Assembly (NCBI GenBank): GCA_964587045.1
Contig: CAZPJY010000013.1
Location: 1 to 46,425 of the forward strand
DNA length: 46,425 nucleotides
DNA from: an uncultured Methanosarcinales archaeon
Lineage (GTDB): Archaea > Nanobdellota > Nanobdellia > Woesearchaeales > CAZPJY01
Reading direction: 5' to 3'
How positions within the stretch are numbered: position 1 is the stretch's first letter; the number at the start of each line of letters is the position of its first letter. The notes under the pieces were generated by a model, which worked only from the letters and a program-made list of their open reading frames with translations, ran no database searches and was not told the origin of the DNA. A program made the position numbers and the translations under genes. Of this stretch, positions 17,388 through 26,874 are shown in pieces.

Positions 17388-18941
17388 ATGAAAAAGCTCT
17401 CCAAGCTGGAAGCGGCATTCCTCCTGCTGGTGCTGGCAGCAGGATTCGTCACGATACTTCGGGTCCACACAGACTACACTGGCCTAGTGCAGGACATAGC
17501 CGGCACGGCGCAGTACGTCGAGGTTGACGACTCGTTCTTCCCCTACCCTTACCACGGCGACGAATGGGGACACATGGCGATGGCAAGACTGGTGGCAGAG
17601 CAGAATAGGTGGCCGGACACCAACCCGTATACGTACGGCGATTATTATTTCTCGAATTCGGAGGCTGGATCTGATATAACCCTGGCCGTGATTTGGCTGA
17701 TGTCCGGCGGCAACCTGGTAAAGGGATTCTTCCTTTTGCCTGCCGCGTTCTGGGTCCTGAATGCCTTCTTCATGTTCCTGATGCTCCACCGCATAACCGG
17801 CAAGTTCTGGCTTTCTGTCTCCCCGTTGGTCCCTTTCATGTTCGCTGCGAGCAACGTAAACATCCTAGGCAACTGGTTCCTGGTGCCCAGCGTGCAGAAC
17901 CTGTGGCTGGTCTTCCTGGCTGTGTACCTGTGGGTGGACTTCATCGAGACAGGCAGCATTTGGGCGCTTTCGTCGGCCATCTTCGTTGTCCTGGTATCAT
18001 TTGTGTCATACCCGCTTCATGCCGCTGTGATATTCCTCATCGGACTGAGCCTGATGGCCGACAGGAGGTACCGCCCAGGAAGGCAGACGTTGAGGGCGGC
18101 TTCGATTGCTGCTTCCCTCTTGGTACTTGCTGGGGTGGCATACCTTCTTTTTGTCTACAGGCAGGAATTTATTCCCATCTTGCTAAGACACCTGCTGACG
18201 ACCAGCCAATGGACGGCTTTCAACGTCATTTACAGTTTCCTTGACCTGTTCTCCTGGTTTTATGTCGCCCTCTTGCTGGTGGGCATTGGGGCCATAGCCC
18301 TATCGGATAGGAGGCTTGTCCCTATGGTAATAGCTTTCGCGCTGCTGCTTGCCAACTTCGTATGGTTCAACCTGACTCTCACGTCCGTTGTTTTCCCCTA
18401 CCAGCGCAACATCTACCTGATGACCATGCTCGCGTGCATCCCTATCGGTGCAGGGATCTATTGGATCAGCAGGCTCACCAGGTGGAAGGGCGCAGCCACC
18501 GCAGCTTTGCTCTTGTTGTTCTTCATCGCCAGCTTCCCAGGGTACATGCGCATCGACAACCGCGACCTCGTGCCTTACAGGCTAATAAGCGACGAATACT
18601 ACGATGCGGTCATCTGGATGGAGCAGACCTACGGGAAGTCTGCCTTCGTGATAGCGGATGATATCAGCTCGTTCATCATTTATCCAGTAGCTGGTATGAT
18701 TTCCTTGAGCCCGCAGAACTCTTTCGTCGGCGGCGATGAGTACGGGCTCATCGTGGCACGGACCTTTTTTTCGACAAGCTGTGAGGGCAAGTACGAACTA
18801 ATCCAGAACTACGATACGATACTGGACTATCACAGTCTGGAGCCACCCAGGCTGGTATTCTCGAGGTTCCCGTTAAGCTGCGATTTCCTCAAGCCAGTCA
18901 GGTCATCCAGCTCGTACGTCATCTATGAGATATCTTACTGA
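17388..18941 (+). CDS. Polytopic membrane glycosyltransferase, GT-C superfamily
   Basis: N-terminal TM followed by a loop with the HGDEWGH acidic motif, many TM segments and a soluble C-terminal domain (YDAVIWMEQT). TATA TTTTTATATA lies upstream. Confidence 0.65.
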   Translation: MKKLSKLEAAFLLLVLAAGFVTILRVHTDYTGLVQDIAGTAQYVEVDDSFFPYPYHGDEWGHMAMARLVAEQNRWPDTNPYTYGDYYFSNSEAGSDITLAVIWLMSGGNLVKGFFLLPAAFWVLNAFFMFLMLHRITGKFWLSVSPLVPFMFAASNVNILGNWFLVPSVQNLWLVFLAVYLWVDFIETGSIWALSSAIFVVLVSFVSYPLHAAVIFLIGLSLMADRRYRPGRQTLRAASIAASLLVLAGVAYLLFVYRQEFIPILLRHLLTTSQWTAFNVIYSFLDLFSWFYVALLLVGIGAIALSDRRLVPMVIAFALLLANFVWFNLTLTSVVFPYQRNIYLMTMLACIPIGAGIYWISRLTRWKGAATAALLLLFFIASFPGYMRIDNRDLVPYRLISDEYYDAVIWMEQTYGKSAFVIADDISSFIIYPVAGMISLSPQNSFVGGDEYGLIVARTFFSTSCEGKYELIQNYDTILDYHSLEPPRLVFSRFPLSCDFLKPVRSSSSYVIYEISY

Positions 18942-18946
18942 AAAGA

Positions 18947-20065
18947 TCATTTCTTCCTTATACCGATGATGCTCAAGAAGAAGGCTGAGAAGAAGAGCAT
19001 CATACCAACCATGAGTATGGTAAGCGAAGCTATGCCCTGGCGGAGCTCGTCCAGCGGTCCGAAACCGCTCATGATCCATAGTACCACAATCCTCAGTCCC
19101 AGGAATAAGCCGATGAGGATTATTATCGAAGATAGCAACATGCCCCTCTCGAGCGGCATGAGCCTAAATAGCTCCTCTGCAAGCCTGCTCCGCTCCCCCA
19201 GGTGCACGTGGGCAAAGACCTTGGCAACGGTGCCCATGATGATCAGCATGGTGCCCGAAAGAGTCAGCACTGATCCCACGATTATTGGGTGGATGTCGAA
19301 GGTGAAGCCTCCGATGGTCTGAGGCCCGATGCTGAACGCAACCAGCAGCACCAGCCCGATTACAGAAAGCGCCGCGCCCGGCGCGAGGAACAGGACGGTC
19401 GGGCTGTAGAGGAGCATGAAGCGGAGATGACGCCAGCCGTCCCTCCAGCTGTCCAGCGACGATGAACCGCGTCTAGGATAGTATGTGATGGGGACCTCCT
19501 TGATGCGAAGGCCTCTCTTCACCGCCTTGATGACCATCTCTGAGGCGAATTCCATGCCTGTCGTCGTGAGGGACAGTCTCGCGAGCGCGTCCCTCCTTAT
19601 CATGCGGAAACCGGAGTGCGCATCGCTTATCCTGGAGCCGAACATCATATTCAGGGCAAACGTCAGTAACGGGTTTCCCAGGTAGCGGTGGAGGGCAGGC
19701 ATCGCCCCTGGAAGTATCCTGCCCTTGAAGCGCGAGCCTATGACCATGTCGTAGTGGGACGAGTACCGGACCAGCCTCCCCAGCTCCAGGAAGTTGTAGG
19801 TGTCGTCGGCGTCGCCCATTATGATGTAGTCGCCCTTGGCTGCGCGGAAGCCGGCCATGAGCGCTTCGCCGTACCCCTCCTTGTGGTAGACCACCTTGGC
19901 GCCCTTCCTACTTGCTATGATGTCAGAACCGTCCTTCGACGAGTCCGAGACGATTATCTCATAGGAGGCGGTCATGCTGCTGAAGGCTTCCCTTATCTTG
20001 TCTATGCAGATGCCTATGGTGGCAGCTTCGTTCCTGCACGGCAGGACGACTGAGTACTTCATCAT
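18947..20065 (-). CDS. GT2 glycosyltransferase (polyprenol-phosphate glycosyltransferase/DPM1-like) with C-terminal TM helices
   Basis: SVVLPCRNE, DADDTY (DxD), GSRF, DAHSGFR and EFASEM motifs; hydrophobic C-terminus. Confidence 0.9.
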   Translation of the reverse strand: MMKYSVVLPCRNEAATIGICIDKIREAFSSMTASYEIIVSDSSKDGSDIIASRKGAKVVYHKEGYGEALMAGFRAAKGDYIIMGDADDTYNFLELGRLVRYSSHYDMVIGSRFKGRILPGAMPALHRYLGNPLLTFALNMMFGSRISDAHSGFRMIRRDALARLSLTTTGMEFASEMVIKAVKRGLRIKEVPITYYPRRGSSSLDSWRDGWRHLRFMLLYSPTVLFLAPGAALSVIGLVLLVAFSIGPQTIGGFTFDIHPIIVGSVLTLSGTMLIIMGTVAKVFAHVHLGERSRLAEELFRLMPLERGMLLSSIIILIGLFLGLRIVVLWIMSGFGPLDELRQGIASLTILMVGMMLFFSAFFLSIIGIRKK

Positions 20066-20093
20066 GCGAACAGACGAATGTCAATATAAAAAA

Positions 20094-20351
20094 CTAGTGC
20101 TTGAAGCGGTCTATCGCATATGAGGCGAGAGCGACCGCGCAGACGACCAGGTTGACCGCCCAGAGGTTGAAGGCGCTTATGGCAGAGAAGGCTGCGAGTG
20201 CCAGGCCGGCGGTCATGTTGAGCAGTACTGATACCGCCACAGAGTAAGCGAACAGCGCGATGTTGTTCCTCGGCCTTATGAAGGCTATCGTGACCAGGAA
20301 ACCTGGGATGAAGACGATGAAGAGCGTCCGTATTATCAGCATCAGCACCAT
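20094..20351 (-). CDS. Small membrane protein (about 3 TM)
   Basis: 85-aa hydrophobic ORF (FIPGF motif) just upstream of the GT2 on the same strand, with TTTATATTA upstream. Confidence 0.65.
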   Translation of the reverse strand: MVLMLIIRTLFIVFIPGFLVTIAFIRPRNNIALFAYSVAVSVLLNMTAGLALAAFSAISAFNLWAVNLVVCAVALASYAIDRFKH

Positions 20352-20424
20352 GGGTAAGGAGCAAATTCGTTAATATAAATACTTAACCTCAAAATTTATA
20401 TAGATACCTGCCACATCAGAACAC

Positions 20425-21216
20425 ATGCCAGAGCAGCTCACTGAGGAAGACCTGAAGAACATGTCTCCCGAGCAGATAGCCGAACTGCAAAAGCAGAACT
20501 GCATCTTCTGCCGAATAATCGAAGGAAAGGTGGCTTCGAAGAAGATCTTCGAGGACGACCGCGTCATCGCGATTCTCGACATCAATCCCGCCAATCCGGG
20601 ACACACGCTCATCATACCAAAGGTGCACTACCAGATAATACCCATGATGCCCGACGAGGAGCTGGCGCACATGATGATGGTGGCCAAGGCCATGTCGCAC
20701 GCGCTTATCAAGGCGCTCAAGGTGCAAGGCACTCACATCTTCGCAGCCAACGGGGCGGTCGCAGGCCAGCAGGCGCCCCACGTAATGCTCCACATCATAC
20801 CCAGGAAGGAGGGTGACGGTCTGAAGCTGTTCGACCTTCCCAAGAACGATTTCAAGCCTGAGGAGATGGTCAACCTCGAAAACGCGCTCAGGCAGAGGAT
20901 TGGTGCGCACATGGGCGTGGCACCAGAGGAGGTCGTCTACCTGGACGAGCCGGAGGAGGAGAAGCAACCGCTTCCCGAACCCAAGCTCGCCAGCAGGTAC
21001 ATCGCCGAGCTCGCGCAGTCGGTCCGGGCCAACCCGCAGCTCAAGACCCTGCTCAAGACAGACCCAACGAGGCTGATGAACATCATCAAGACCAACCCGC
21101 AGCTCTCCAAGATGTTTGCGGGCATGGACCTCAAAGAGGTCCTGGAAAAGGTCGAAAAGGAGCTGGAAAACGACGTGGACCTCGACAACCTAGACCCCAG
21201 CAAGCTGAAGCTGTGA
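20425..21216 (+). CDS. HIT-family protein with degenerate motif and C-terminal extension
   Basis: NCIFCRII and LDINPANPGHTLIIPKVH motifs; the HIT motif reads HVMLHII. Confidence 0.88.
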   Translation: MPEQLTEEDLKNMSPEQIAELQKQNCIFCRIIEGKVASKKIFEDDRVIAILDINPANPGHTLIIPKVHYQIIPMMPDEELAHMMMVAKAMSHALIKALKVQGTHIFAANGAVAGQQAPHVMLHIIPRKEGDGLKLFDLPKNDFKPEEMVNLENALRQRIGAHMGVAPEEVVYLDEPEEEKQPLPEPKLASRYIAELAQSVRANPQLKTLLKTDPTRLMNIIKTNPQLSKMFAGMDLKEVLEKVEKELENDVDLDNLDPSKLKL

Positions 21217-21223
21217 CAAGAAA

Positions 21224-21745
21224 ATGGCATGCCCCTACTGTGAGATAATCCAGCAGAAGAAGCACATCCTCTACGAGGACGACAAGGTAGTCGCGTTCCT
21301 CCCAGAGAGCGGCGCAGTGATGGGCGAGGTCGTGGTCGTGCCCAAGGAGCACAGGCCCATCATCGAGGAGGTGCCGGACTTCGTGGTCGGCCACGCGATG
21401 GTCGTCGCAAACAAGGTGTCTGTATCCATCTTCGAGGCCCTCAGCGCGCACGGCACCAACATCCTGGTAAGCAACGGGATCCCCGCGGGTCAGACTGTCG
21501 CCCACTTCTCCATTCGCGTGATACCCAGGTCGCAAAACGACGGGCTCAACCTGCAATGGCAGCCCAAGCAGCTCTCCGAAGAGGAGATGTCGACCGTCGA
21601 GCTGCTTGTAAAGGAGGTGACAGGCAGCATTGGGGGTTTCGAAAAGGAAAAGCAGGCGCCAGTTCAGGCGGACTCGGAAACGCAGGAAATCAAACAGGGT
21701 CCCGAGGACAACTACATGATCAAACAACTAAGGCGGATGCCGTGA
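21224..21745 (+). CDS. HIT-like protein, strongly degenerate
   Basis: CPYC, LYEDD, VVPKEH, NG..AGQTVAHFSIRVIPR. Confidence 0.85.
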   Translation: MACPYCEIIQQKKHILYEDDKVVAFLPESGAVMGEVVVVPKEHRPIIEEVPDFVVGHAMVVANKVSVSIFEALSAHGTNILVSNGIPAGQTVAHFSIRVIPRSQNDGLNLQWQPKQLSEEEMSTVELLVKEVTGSIGGFEKEKQAPVQADSETQEIKQGPEDNYMIKQLRRMP

Positions 21746-22164
21746 AGGAGATCGTCATCTGCTACACCCTCGCAGGCCACACCGGCAAAGTGGCCGACAT
21801 GATAGCAGCGCAGAGGAACTGCGAGCAAAAGAAGTTCAAGATATCAGTGCTCGGTGTCTTCAGGCAGCTGCTGACGTGCGGGAGGGGCGCGCCGGTGCCC
21901 GACGTCTCAGGGTACTCCGCTGTCTGGGTCGGGTCTCCCATCTGGATGGGCAAGTTCTGCCCCAACGCGAGGAGCATGTGCAGGGCCATGCGGCTCCATG
22001 GCAAGACAGTCCACCTCTTCGCCACTTACGGCTCAACGGTCGCAGGTTCCTTCAAGGACATGGCAGCCATCGTCAAGTCTAAGGGTGGAAGAATCGGCAG
22101 GAAGGTAAAGTTCAAGAGCGACGCGTCCGACGCGGAGCTGGTCAAGGTCATCAGCTCCCTATGA
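21742..22164 (+). CDS. Flavodoxin-like protein
   Basis: GTG start overlaps the upstream stop; YTLAGHTGKVA, VGSPIWMG and LFATYGS motifs. Confidence 0.75.
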   Translation: MKEIVICYTLAGHTGKVADMIAAQRNCEQKKFKISVLGVFRQLLTCGRGAPVPDVSGYSAVWVGSPIWMGKFCPNARSMCRAMRLHGKTVHLFATYGSTVAGSFKDMAAIVKSKGGRIGRKVKFKSDASDAELVKVISSL

Positions 22165-22654
22165 TGTTGCCAGCCCTGTAGACCACGCCGCCGGCAGTTC
22201 TCGAGTCGAAGGTCTTGATGTAAATTGTGTCGACGTTATGCGAATCGTACAGGAAACGCTCACCCAACGGGGAGTACCCCGCGAGGAGAAGCATGGTCCT
22301 GGCGCGCACGTTATCACTGCGCGAATCGCATATGATGGCGTCGAAGGAGCCCTCTGCCTCAGCCTGGCGCAGCATGAACAAGGCGAAGTACCGGTGCCGC
22401 AGCTTGGGGTGCACCCTGATGTTCTTGACCTCCCTCATGCCAGGCAGCTGCTTGTGCTCCTGGTAAATGAGGTCTCCCACCAGCCTTCCGTCGCTGAAGG
22501 CGAGTATGGCATGCTTGTACCCCAACTCAATCTCAGTCCTGGCGCGCGCAACCCAGTCCTCATAGTCAGGGTAGCCCAGAGGCGCCTTTATCAGGAAGTC
22601 GACGAGACCGCTTAATTCCTTTAGACTGTCAGGTGACCTGAACCGAAAGTCCAT
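22151..22654 (-). CDS. GNAT-family acetyltransferase
   Basis: Start MDFRFRS; NIRVHPKLRHRYFA (acetyl-CoA motif A-like) and DNVRARTMLLLAGY. Confidence 0.75.
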   Translation of the reverse strand: MDFRFRSPDSLKELSGLVDFLIKAPLGYPDYEDWVARARTEIELGYKHAILAFSDGRLVGDLIYQEHKQLPGMREVKNIRVHPKLRHRYFALFMLRQAEAEGSFDAIICDSRSDNVRARTMLLLAGYSPLGERFLYDSHNVDTIYIKTFDSRTAGGVVYRAGNIIGS

Positions 22655-22736
22655 GAACCAGCAAAAAATCCCAGTATTATTATATGTGCGGTTTATTCGA
22701 AAACATTTATTAAGCGGCATTGCCATGTTTTTTTGC

Positions 22737-23891
22737 ATGCACCACACCGACTACCTCAAGATAACGGGCGTGAGCGTGGCCTTCTACTTCTGCATCTCGC
22801 TTCTCCTTCCGGTGCTCGCTCCCTACATCAAAGGGCTCGGGGTAAACGACGCCCAGCTGTCCTGGCTGTTCGCCGTATTCCCGCTGGTGATGATCTTCGC
22901 ATCTGGCCTGATAGGAAAGCTCTCAGACCAGGTGGGCAGGAACACGATAATAATCGCCGGCATACTCTGCCAGATTCTCGCGGTCGCCCTGTACCTCTTC
23001 GGGAACAGCCCTGCACTGATAGTGGTCGCGCGAATGCTCGACGCCACCAGCGCAGCGGCTGTGGCGCTGATAGCCATTGCAAAGATAGAAGACACGCTGA
23101 ACGACCGGAACAGGGGCAGGATGGCCGGCTTCGCGCTGAGCCTGAACCACCTCGCAGCGCTCCTCGCGCCGCTGATAGGCGGCTACCTGGCTGACAGGTT
23201 CTTCATCCAGACTCCTTTCGTCGTGTCGCTGGCCCTGCTGGGAGTGCTGTCAGTCTTTCTGGTGGCGCAGGACCACTTCCACATGCCGGTGATGAGGGGC
23301 CGCTCGCTCAACATCTTCAAGGAGATGAGGGATTTCGTCCGCGTGCCTCAGCTGAGGGGAATGGCGATCCTGGGCATGACAATGCATGCCGAGATGCCGG
23401 CCACGCGGGTGTTCCTGCCCCTATTCATTATCGAGAGCCTGGGCATGGACTACACCTACGTCGGCCTCGCCCTGTTCATCAACGGTTCCATGCACCTGCT
23501 GCAGTTCATCTGGGGAGGCATAAGCGACAGGGTCGGCAGGGGGAGGATGATTGTCGCAGGCACCCTGCTTTGGGGTGTCATATGGGTTGCCGTTTCGCTC
23601 GTGCACGGCTACACCCTCCTGGTCACCCTCCTGTTCATAGGGGGCATCGGCACCAGCATGTGGAACGTCACCGCATGGAGCCTCATGTCGGACATCGGGG
23701 AGAAGTTGAAGAAGGAAGGCGAGGTCGTCGGGACTTACATGTCGATTGCAAAAATCGGGGCCTTCGCAAGCTTCATGGTGAGCGGCCTCATAGTCATGAG
23801 GTTCGGCATCCCAACCCTCTTTGCGATAATCGGCCTAGTAATCATCGCCGGGAGCCTGGTCTCCTACCCCCTGCTCGTGAGGAAGTATTAG
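22737..23891 (+). CDS. MFS transporter
   Basis: About 12 TM; motif A as GKLSDQVGR and GGISDRVGR. The start MHHTDYLK sits about 25 bp after TTTATTAA. Confidence 0.92.
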   Translation: MHHTDYLKITGVSVAFYFCISLLLPVLAPYIKGLGVNDAQLSWLFAVFPLVMIFASGLIGKLSDQVGRNTIIIAGILCQILAVALYLFGNSPALIVVARMLDATSAAAVALIAIAKIEDTLNDRNRGRMAGFALSLNHLAALLAPLIGGYLADRFFIQTPFVVSLALLGVLSVFLVAQDHFHMPVMRGRSLNIFKEMRDFVRVPQLRGMAILGMTMHAEMPATRVFLPLFIIESLGMDYTYVGLALFINGSMHLLQFIWGGISDRVGRGRMIVAGTLLWGVIWVAVSLVHGYTLLVTLLFIGGIGTSMWNVTAWSLMSDIGEKLKKEGEVVGTYMSIAKIGAFASFMVSGLIVMRFGIPTLFAIIGLVIIAGSLVSYPLLVRKY

Positions 23892-24057
23892 AGTTCCGGA
23901 GCAGGAACATCTCGACTGACAGGTATATGGCGAAGAACAACGCCGATGCGACTCCTGACACCAGCCAGTTCAGGTTTCCGATGAACGCGGTCGAAGCTGT
24001 GTAGAACAGGAAGAAGAGCACGCCCACGAAAACTGATTTTACGAAAGGGTCCATCAT
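23842..24057 (-). CDS. Small membrane protein (2 TM), hypothetical
   Basis: Start overlaps the prepilin peptidase stop and the product is hydrophobic, but the 3' end overlaps the MFS gene by about 50 nt. Confidence 0.5.
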   Translation of the reverse strand: MMDPFVKSVFVGVLFFLFYTASTAFIGNLNWLVSGVASALFFAIYLSVEMFLLRNSNTSSRAGGRRPGSRR

Positions 24058-24908
24058 ATCACCCCTAGCAGGATGTTCAGCAGGTTGCCGACAGTCAGGC
24101 TCAGCAGGAAGGCTATCAAGAAACTGGGCACGAAGGGTATGCCCTCCTTGATCCTGACAGACTTGACCTTCTTCTTGACCAGCGTCGCGATCTGCTGCTT
24201 GCTTATCCCCAGGTCCTTGGGCCCGGTCACCCTCTCGCCGCCGACAACCACGTCGTCCACGATCCAGTCGCCCTCAGTCAGCATGGAGGGGTGGACATCC
24301 CGTATCATGCACGCCGACTCGACCGCCTTGACGAAGGCCCACGTGTAGAAGAACAGGGGCACAAGCACCGCGAAGCCGAAGCCGAGCAACCTCAGCATGA
24401 GGTCTTGTACTGCAACCCCGAGGACAACCAGGCCGAAGGCCAGTACCCATGCGACGTAGTGGATGTACTTAGCTGACTTCACCTGCTTTACGAACGCCCT
24501 GTGGAACTTGCCGAACCTGAGGACCGCCAGGACCACGCTCCAGATGAGCCCGTAGAAGGCGCCCACGAAGAGAGCATTGATCCAGAACCCGACCATGAAA
24601 GGCACTGATGACAGGGATGTGAAGTCCAGGCCCAGCAGCGCGCCGAGCCCTATGATCATCTTGGAGTCACCGCCGCCCCACTGGCCCGTATAGAACATCA
24701 GCGCGCCAAGGCCGTAGCTCACTGCGAGGCCTGCCACCGAGAAGGTGATGGGCTGCCATGCGCCCTCGATGAGGGAGACTATGGCTGATAATCCCAGACC
24801 CGAGGCCACGAGTGAGTAATTGAGCCAGTCCGGCACCTCCCTGGTCTTGAGGTCTGAGACAGTACCGTATATCAGCGCGACGAGCACGACCCCGTATATG
24901 AGCATCAT
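24054..24908 (-). CDS. Prepilin/pre-archaellin peptidase (A24, FlaK/PibD-like)
   Basis: SDLKTREVPD (first catalytic Asp), GGGDSK (second Asp) and C-terminal IPFVPSF. Confidence 0.9.
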   Translation of the reverse strand: MMLIYGVVLVALIYGTVSDLKTREVPDWLNYSLVASGLGLSAIVSLIEGAWQPITFSVAGLAVSYGLGALMFYTGQWGGGDSKMIIGLGALLGLDFTSLSSVPFMVGFWINALFVGAFYGLIWSVVLAVLRFGKFHRAFVKQVKSAKYIHYVAWVLAFGLVVLGVAVQDLMLRLLGFGFAVLVPLFFYTWAFVKAVESACMIRDVHPSMLTEGDWIVDDVVVGGERVTGPKDLGISKQQIATLVKKKVKSVRIKEGIPFVPSFLIAFLLSLTVGNLLNILLGVI

Positions 24909-24961
24909 TGGCTTAAAAACAGATACAAAGCTTTATAAATTTTCTCTCGGCGAGGACTTCG

Positions 24962-25663
24962 ATGGTATTTGACGCTCTCCTGGGAACACCGAAAAAGCTT
25001 CCCAAGCACCTGGCGATAACAACAGAAGGGAGCATTGCCTGGGCCAATTCTGAAGGCAGGCCAGTGCATGAGGCCTTCCAAAAGAAGTTCGCCAACATAG
25101 AGGCAGTGATACCCTTAGCGGTCAGGTTCAACATCCCCGTGCTCACCTTCCACCTCTTCAGGGGAGAGGTCAAGGAGCACTTCGAGGACATGCTCGACGC
25201 GATGACCCACTTCTTCGACCGGCTGAAGGAGAGCGGCCTGGTCCACGACAACCAGATCAAGGTTTCAGTGCTGGGCAAGTGGTACGACCTGCCGGGCGCT
25301 GCTGTCGGCAACATCAAGGACCTGCTACAGGCCACAGGCGGATACGACCGCTTCTTCCTCAACTTCTGCGTTAACTACTCAGGCCAGCAGGAGATCGTGG
25401 ACGCGTGCAGGCTCATAGCCCGGAGGATCGAAGCCGGGAAGATGAGAGTAGAGGAGATATCCAAGGAAACCATCAAGGAGAACCTGTACACCTCGTATTT
25501 CCTGCCGCCCCAGGTGATAATCAGGAGCGGGACCAGGATGAGGCTCTCAGACTTTCTGATATGGGACTCGCCAGGTGCCTTCGTCCACTTCTCAGGCAAG
25601 CACTGGCCTGCGATGGGAAAGAAAGACATCCTGGACGCGCTCGACGTCTACAGCAAGTCATGA
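24962..25663 (+). CDS. cis-prenyltransferase (UppS) family protein with degenerate active site
   Basis: PKHLAITTEG, NFCVNYSGQQEIVDA and IIRSG..RLSDFLIWD...WP motifs. Confidence 0.85.
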   Translation: MVFDALLGTPKKLPKHLAITTEGSIAWANSEGRPVHEAFQKKFANIEAVIPLAVRFNIPVLTFHLFRGEVKEHFEDMLDAMTHFFDRLKESGLVHDNQIKVSVLGKWYDLPGAAVGNIKDLLQATGGYDRFFLNFCVNYSGQQEIVDACRLIARRIEAGKMRVEEISKETIKENLYTSYFLPPQVIIRSGTRMRLSDFLIWDSPGAFVHFSGKHWPAMGKKDILDALDVYSKS

Positions 25664-25699
25664 CAACTTTTTTATACCGGCTCCCTGTTTCGAGTTTCC

Positions 25700-25906
25700 A
25701 TGCCGATAAAGATCGACTATGACAAGTGCTGCTGGAAGGATGGCAAGTGCGTCAGCTGCTGCTGCGGCTCATGCGTAGGGTGCGTCGAGGCCTGCCCTGC
25801 TGGAGCTTTGAAAAGGGAAGATGTTGTCAAATTCGACGATGACAAATGTACCGGTTGCGGCGCCTGCGTCGACGCGTGCAAGCACGACGCGATTTCTTTG
25901 GTATGA
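25700..25906 (+). CDS. 2x[4Fe-4S] ferredoxin
   Basis: CGSCVGCVEACP and CTGCGACVDAC motifs. Confidence 0.9.
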   Translation: MPIKIDYDKCCWKDGKCVSCCCGSCVGCVEACPAGALKREDVVKFDDDKCTGCGACVDACKHDAISLV

Positions 25907-25910
25907 ACGC

Positions 25911-26108
25911 TCACGCGCCGATGAACTTCAGCAGGCCGTACACCAGGAAGACGGGCCAGACAATCGACTTGAGGAATCCCAGCACGCCCATCCAGAACCC
26001 TGTCGCGGTCGAGATGTAGTAGATGACCGCGCCTATGAACCCGAGGCAGTACACTCCGCCCGCCGGGGCGTTCTTGTGTATCTCGCATGATTTCTTCTTT
26101 TTTGGCAT
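25911..26108 (-). CDS. Small membrane protein, hypothetical
   Basis: 65 aa with two hydrophobic segments; GGAGGTGG SD and a TATA element upstream. Confidence 0.7.
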   Translation of the reverse strand: MPKKKKSCEIHKNAPAGGVYCLGFIGAVIYYISTATGFWMGVLGFLKSIVWPVFLVYGLLKFIGA

Positions 26109-26175
26109 GAATATCCACCTCCCAAACAGTGGTCGACCAGTTATCTTTATAAATATTTAGAATTCTCGGGCCCGC

Positions 26176-26610
26176 ATGGAAGAATCACGAACCATCCTGA
26201 CAGAGAGCATAACTGACGGAAGCGACAGCCCGCTCAACGGCGGCACATACTCAGTCATCGCGGCCAGGCTCGTGGCATACGGCGGCTTCGGGTGCAACTT
26301 AATCAGGGCACAAGTGGTGGATGACCATTATGTAATCCTCAACCAGCCGACGGTGAAAAACAACCAGGGGCTCGAAGAGGTCTTGGGTGTCGTCGATCTG
26401 GACCAGCCTGAAGAAGCGAAGACGAGGATGCATGAGCTTGCCCTGCAGGTCGCAAACGATAGGGCTCAGAGCGACGAGAACAAGGTGATCGATCTGACCT
26501 CGATGACCAAGGACCTGCCAAAAGAAGCGCAGTACTACTGCAGCACGAACTGGGGCGGCACTCCGAACTACTTCACCCTGAAGAGAAAGCTAAACCAAAC
26601 ATTTATGTAA
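26176..26610 (+). CDS. Hypothetical protein
   Basis: 144-aa ORF with typical codon usage after TTTATAAA. Confidence 0.7.
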   Translation: MEESRTILTESITDGSDSPLNGGTYSVIAARLVAYGGFGCNLIRAQVVDDHYVILNQPTVKNNQGLEEVLGVVDLDQPEEAKTRMHELALQVANDRAQSDENKVIDLTSMTKDLPKEAQYYCSTNWGGTPNYFTLKRKLNQTFM

Positions 26611-26631
26611 CCTTTCCGTTTAGCTCTTCCC

Positions 26632-26874
26632 ATGTGCCTAGCCGTGCCAGGTGAGATTCTCGAAATCAAGGGGGATAAGGGAAAGGCCGACTTCGGCGGC
26701 GTCAAGCGGGAGGTCGACCTGTCCTTCCTGAAAGGGGTCAAGGTGGGCGACTTCGTCCTGGTGCATGTAGGCTTCGCCATTCAGAAGGTGGACCAAAAAG
26801 TCGCTCGGGAATCCTACAGGCTGCTCGCCGAACTCGACAAGGAGATGGGCAAGGATGAAAGAGCTGCTAAATGA
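26632..26874 (+). CDS. hypC: [NiFe]-hydrogenase maturation chaperone HypC
   Basis: MCLAVPG N-terminus and VGDFVLVHVGFAI. Confidence 0.96.
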   Translation: MCLAVPGEILEIKGDKGKADFGGVKREVDLSFLKGVKVGDFVLVHVGFAIQKVDQKVARESYRLLAELDKEMGKDERAAK

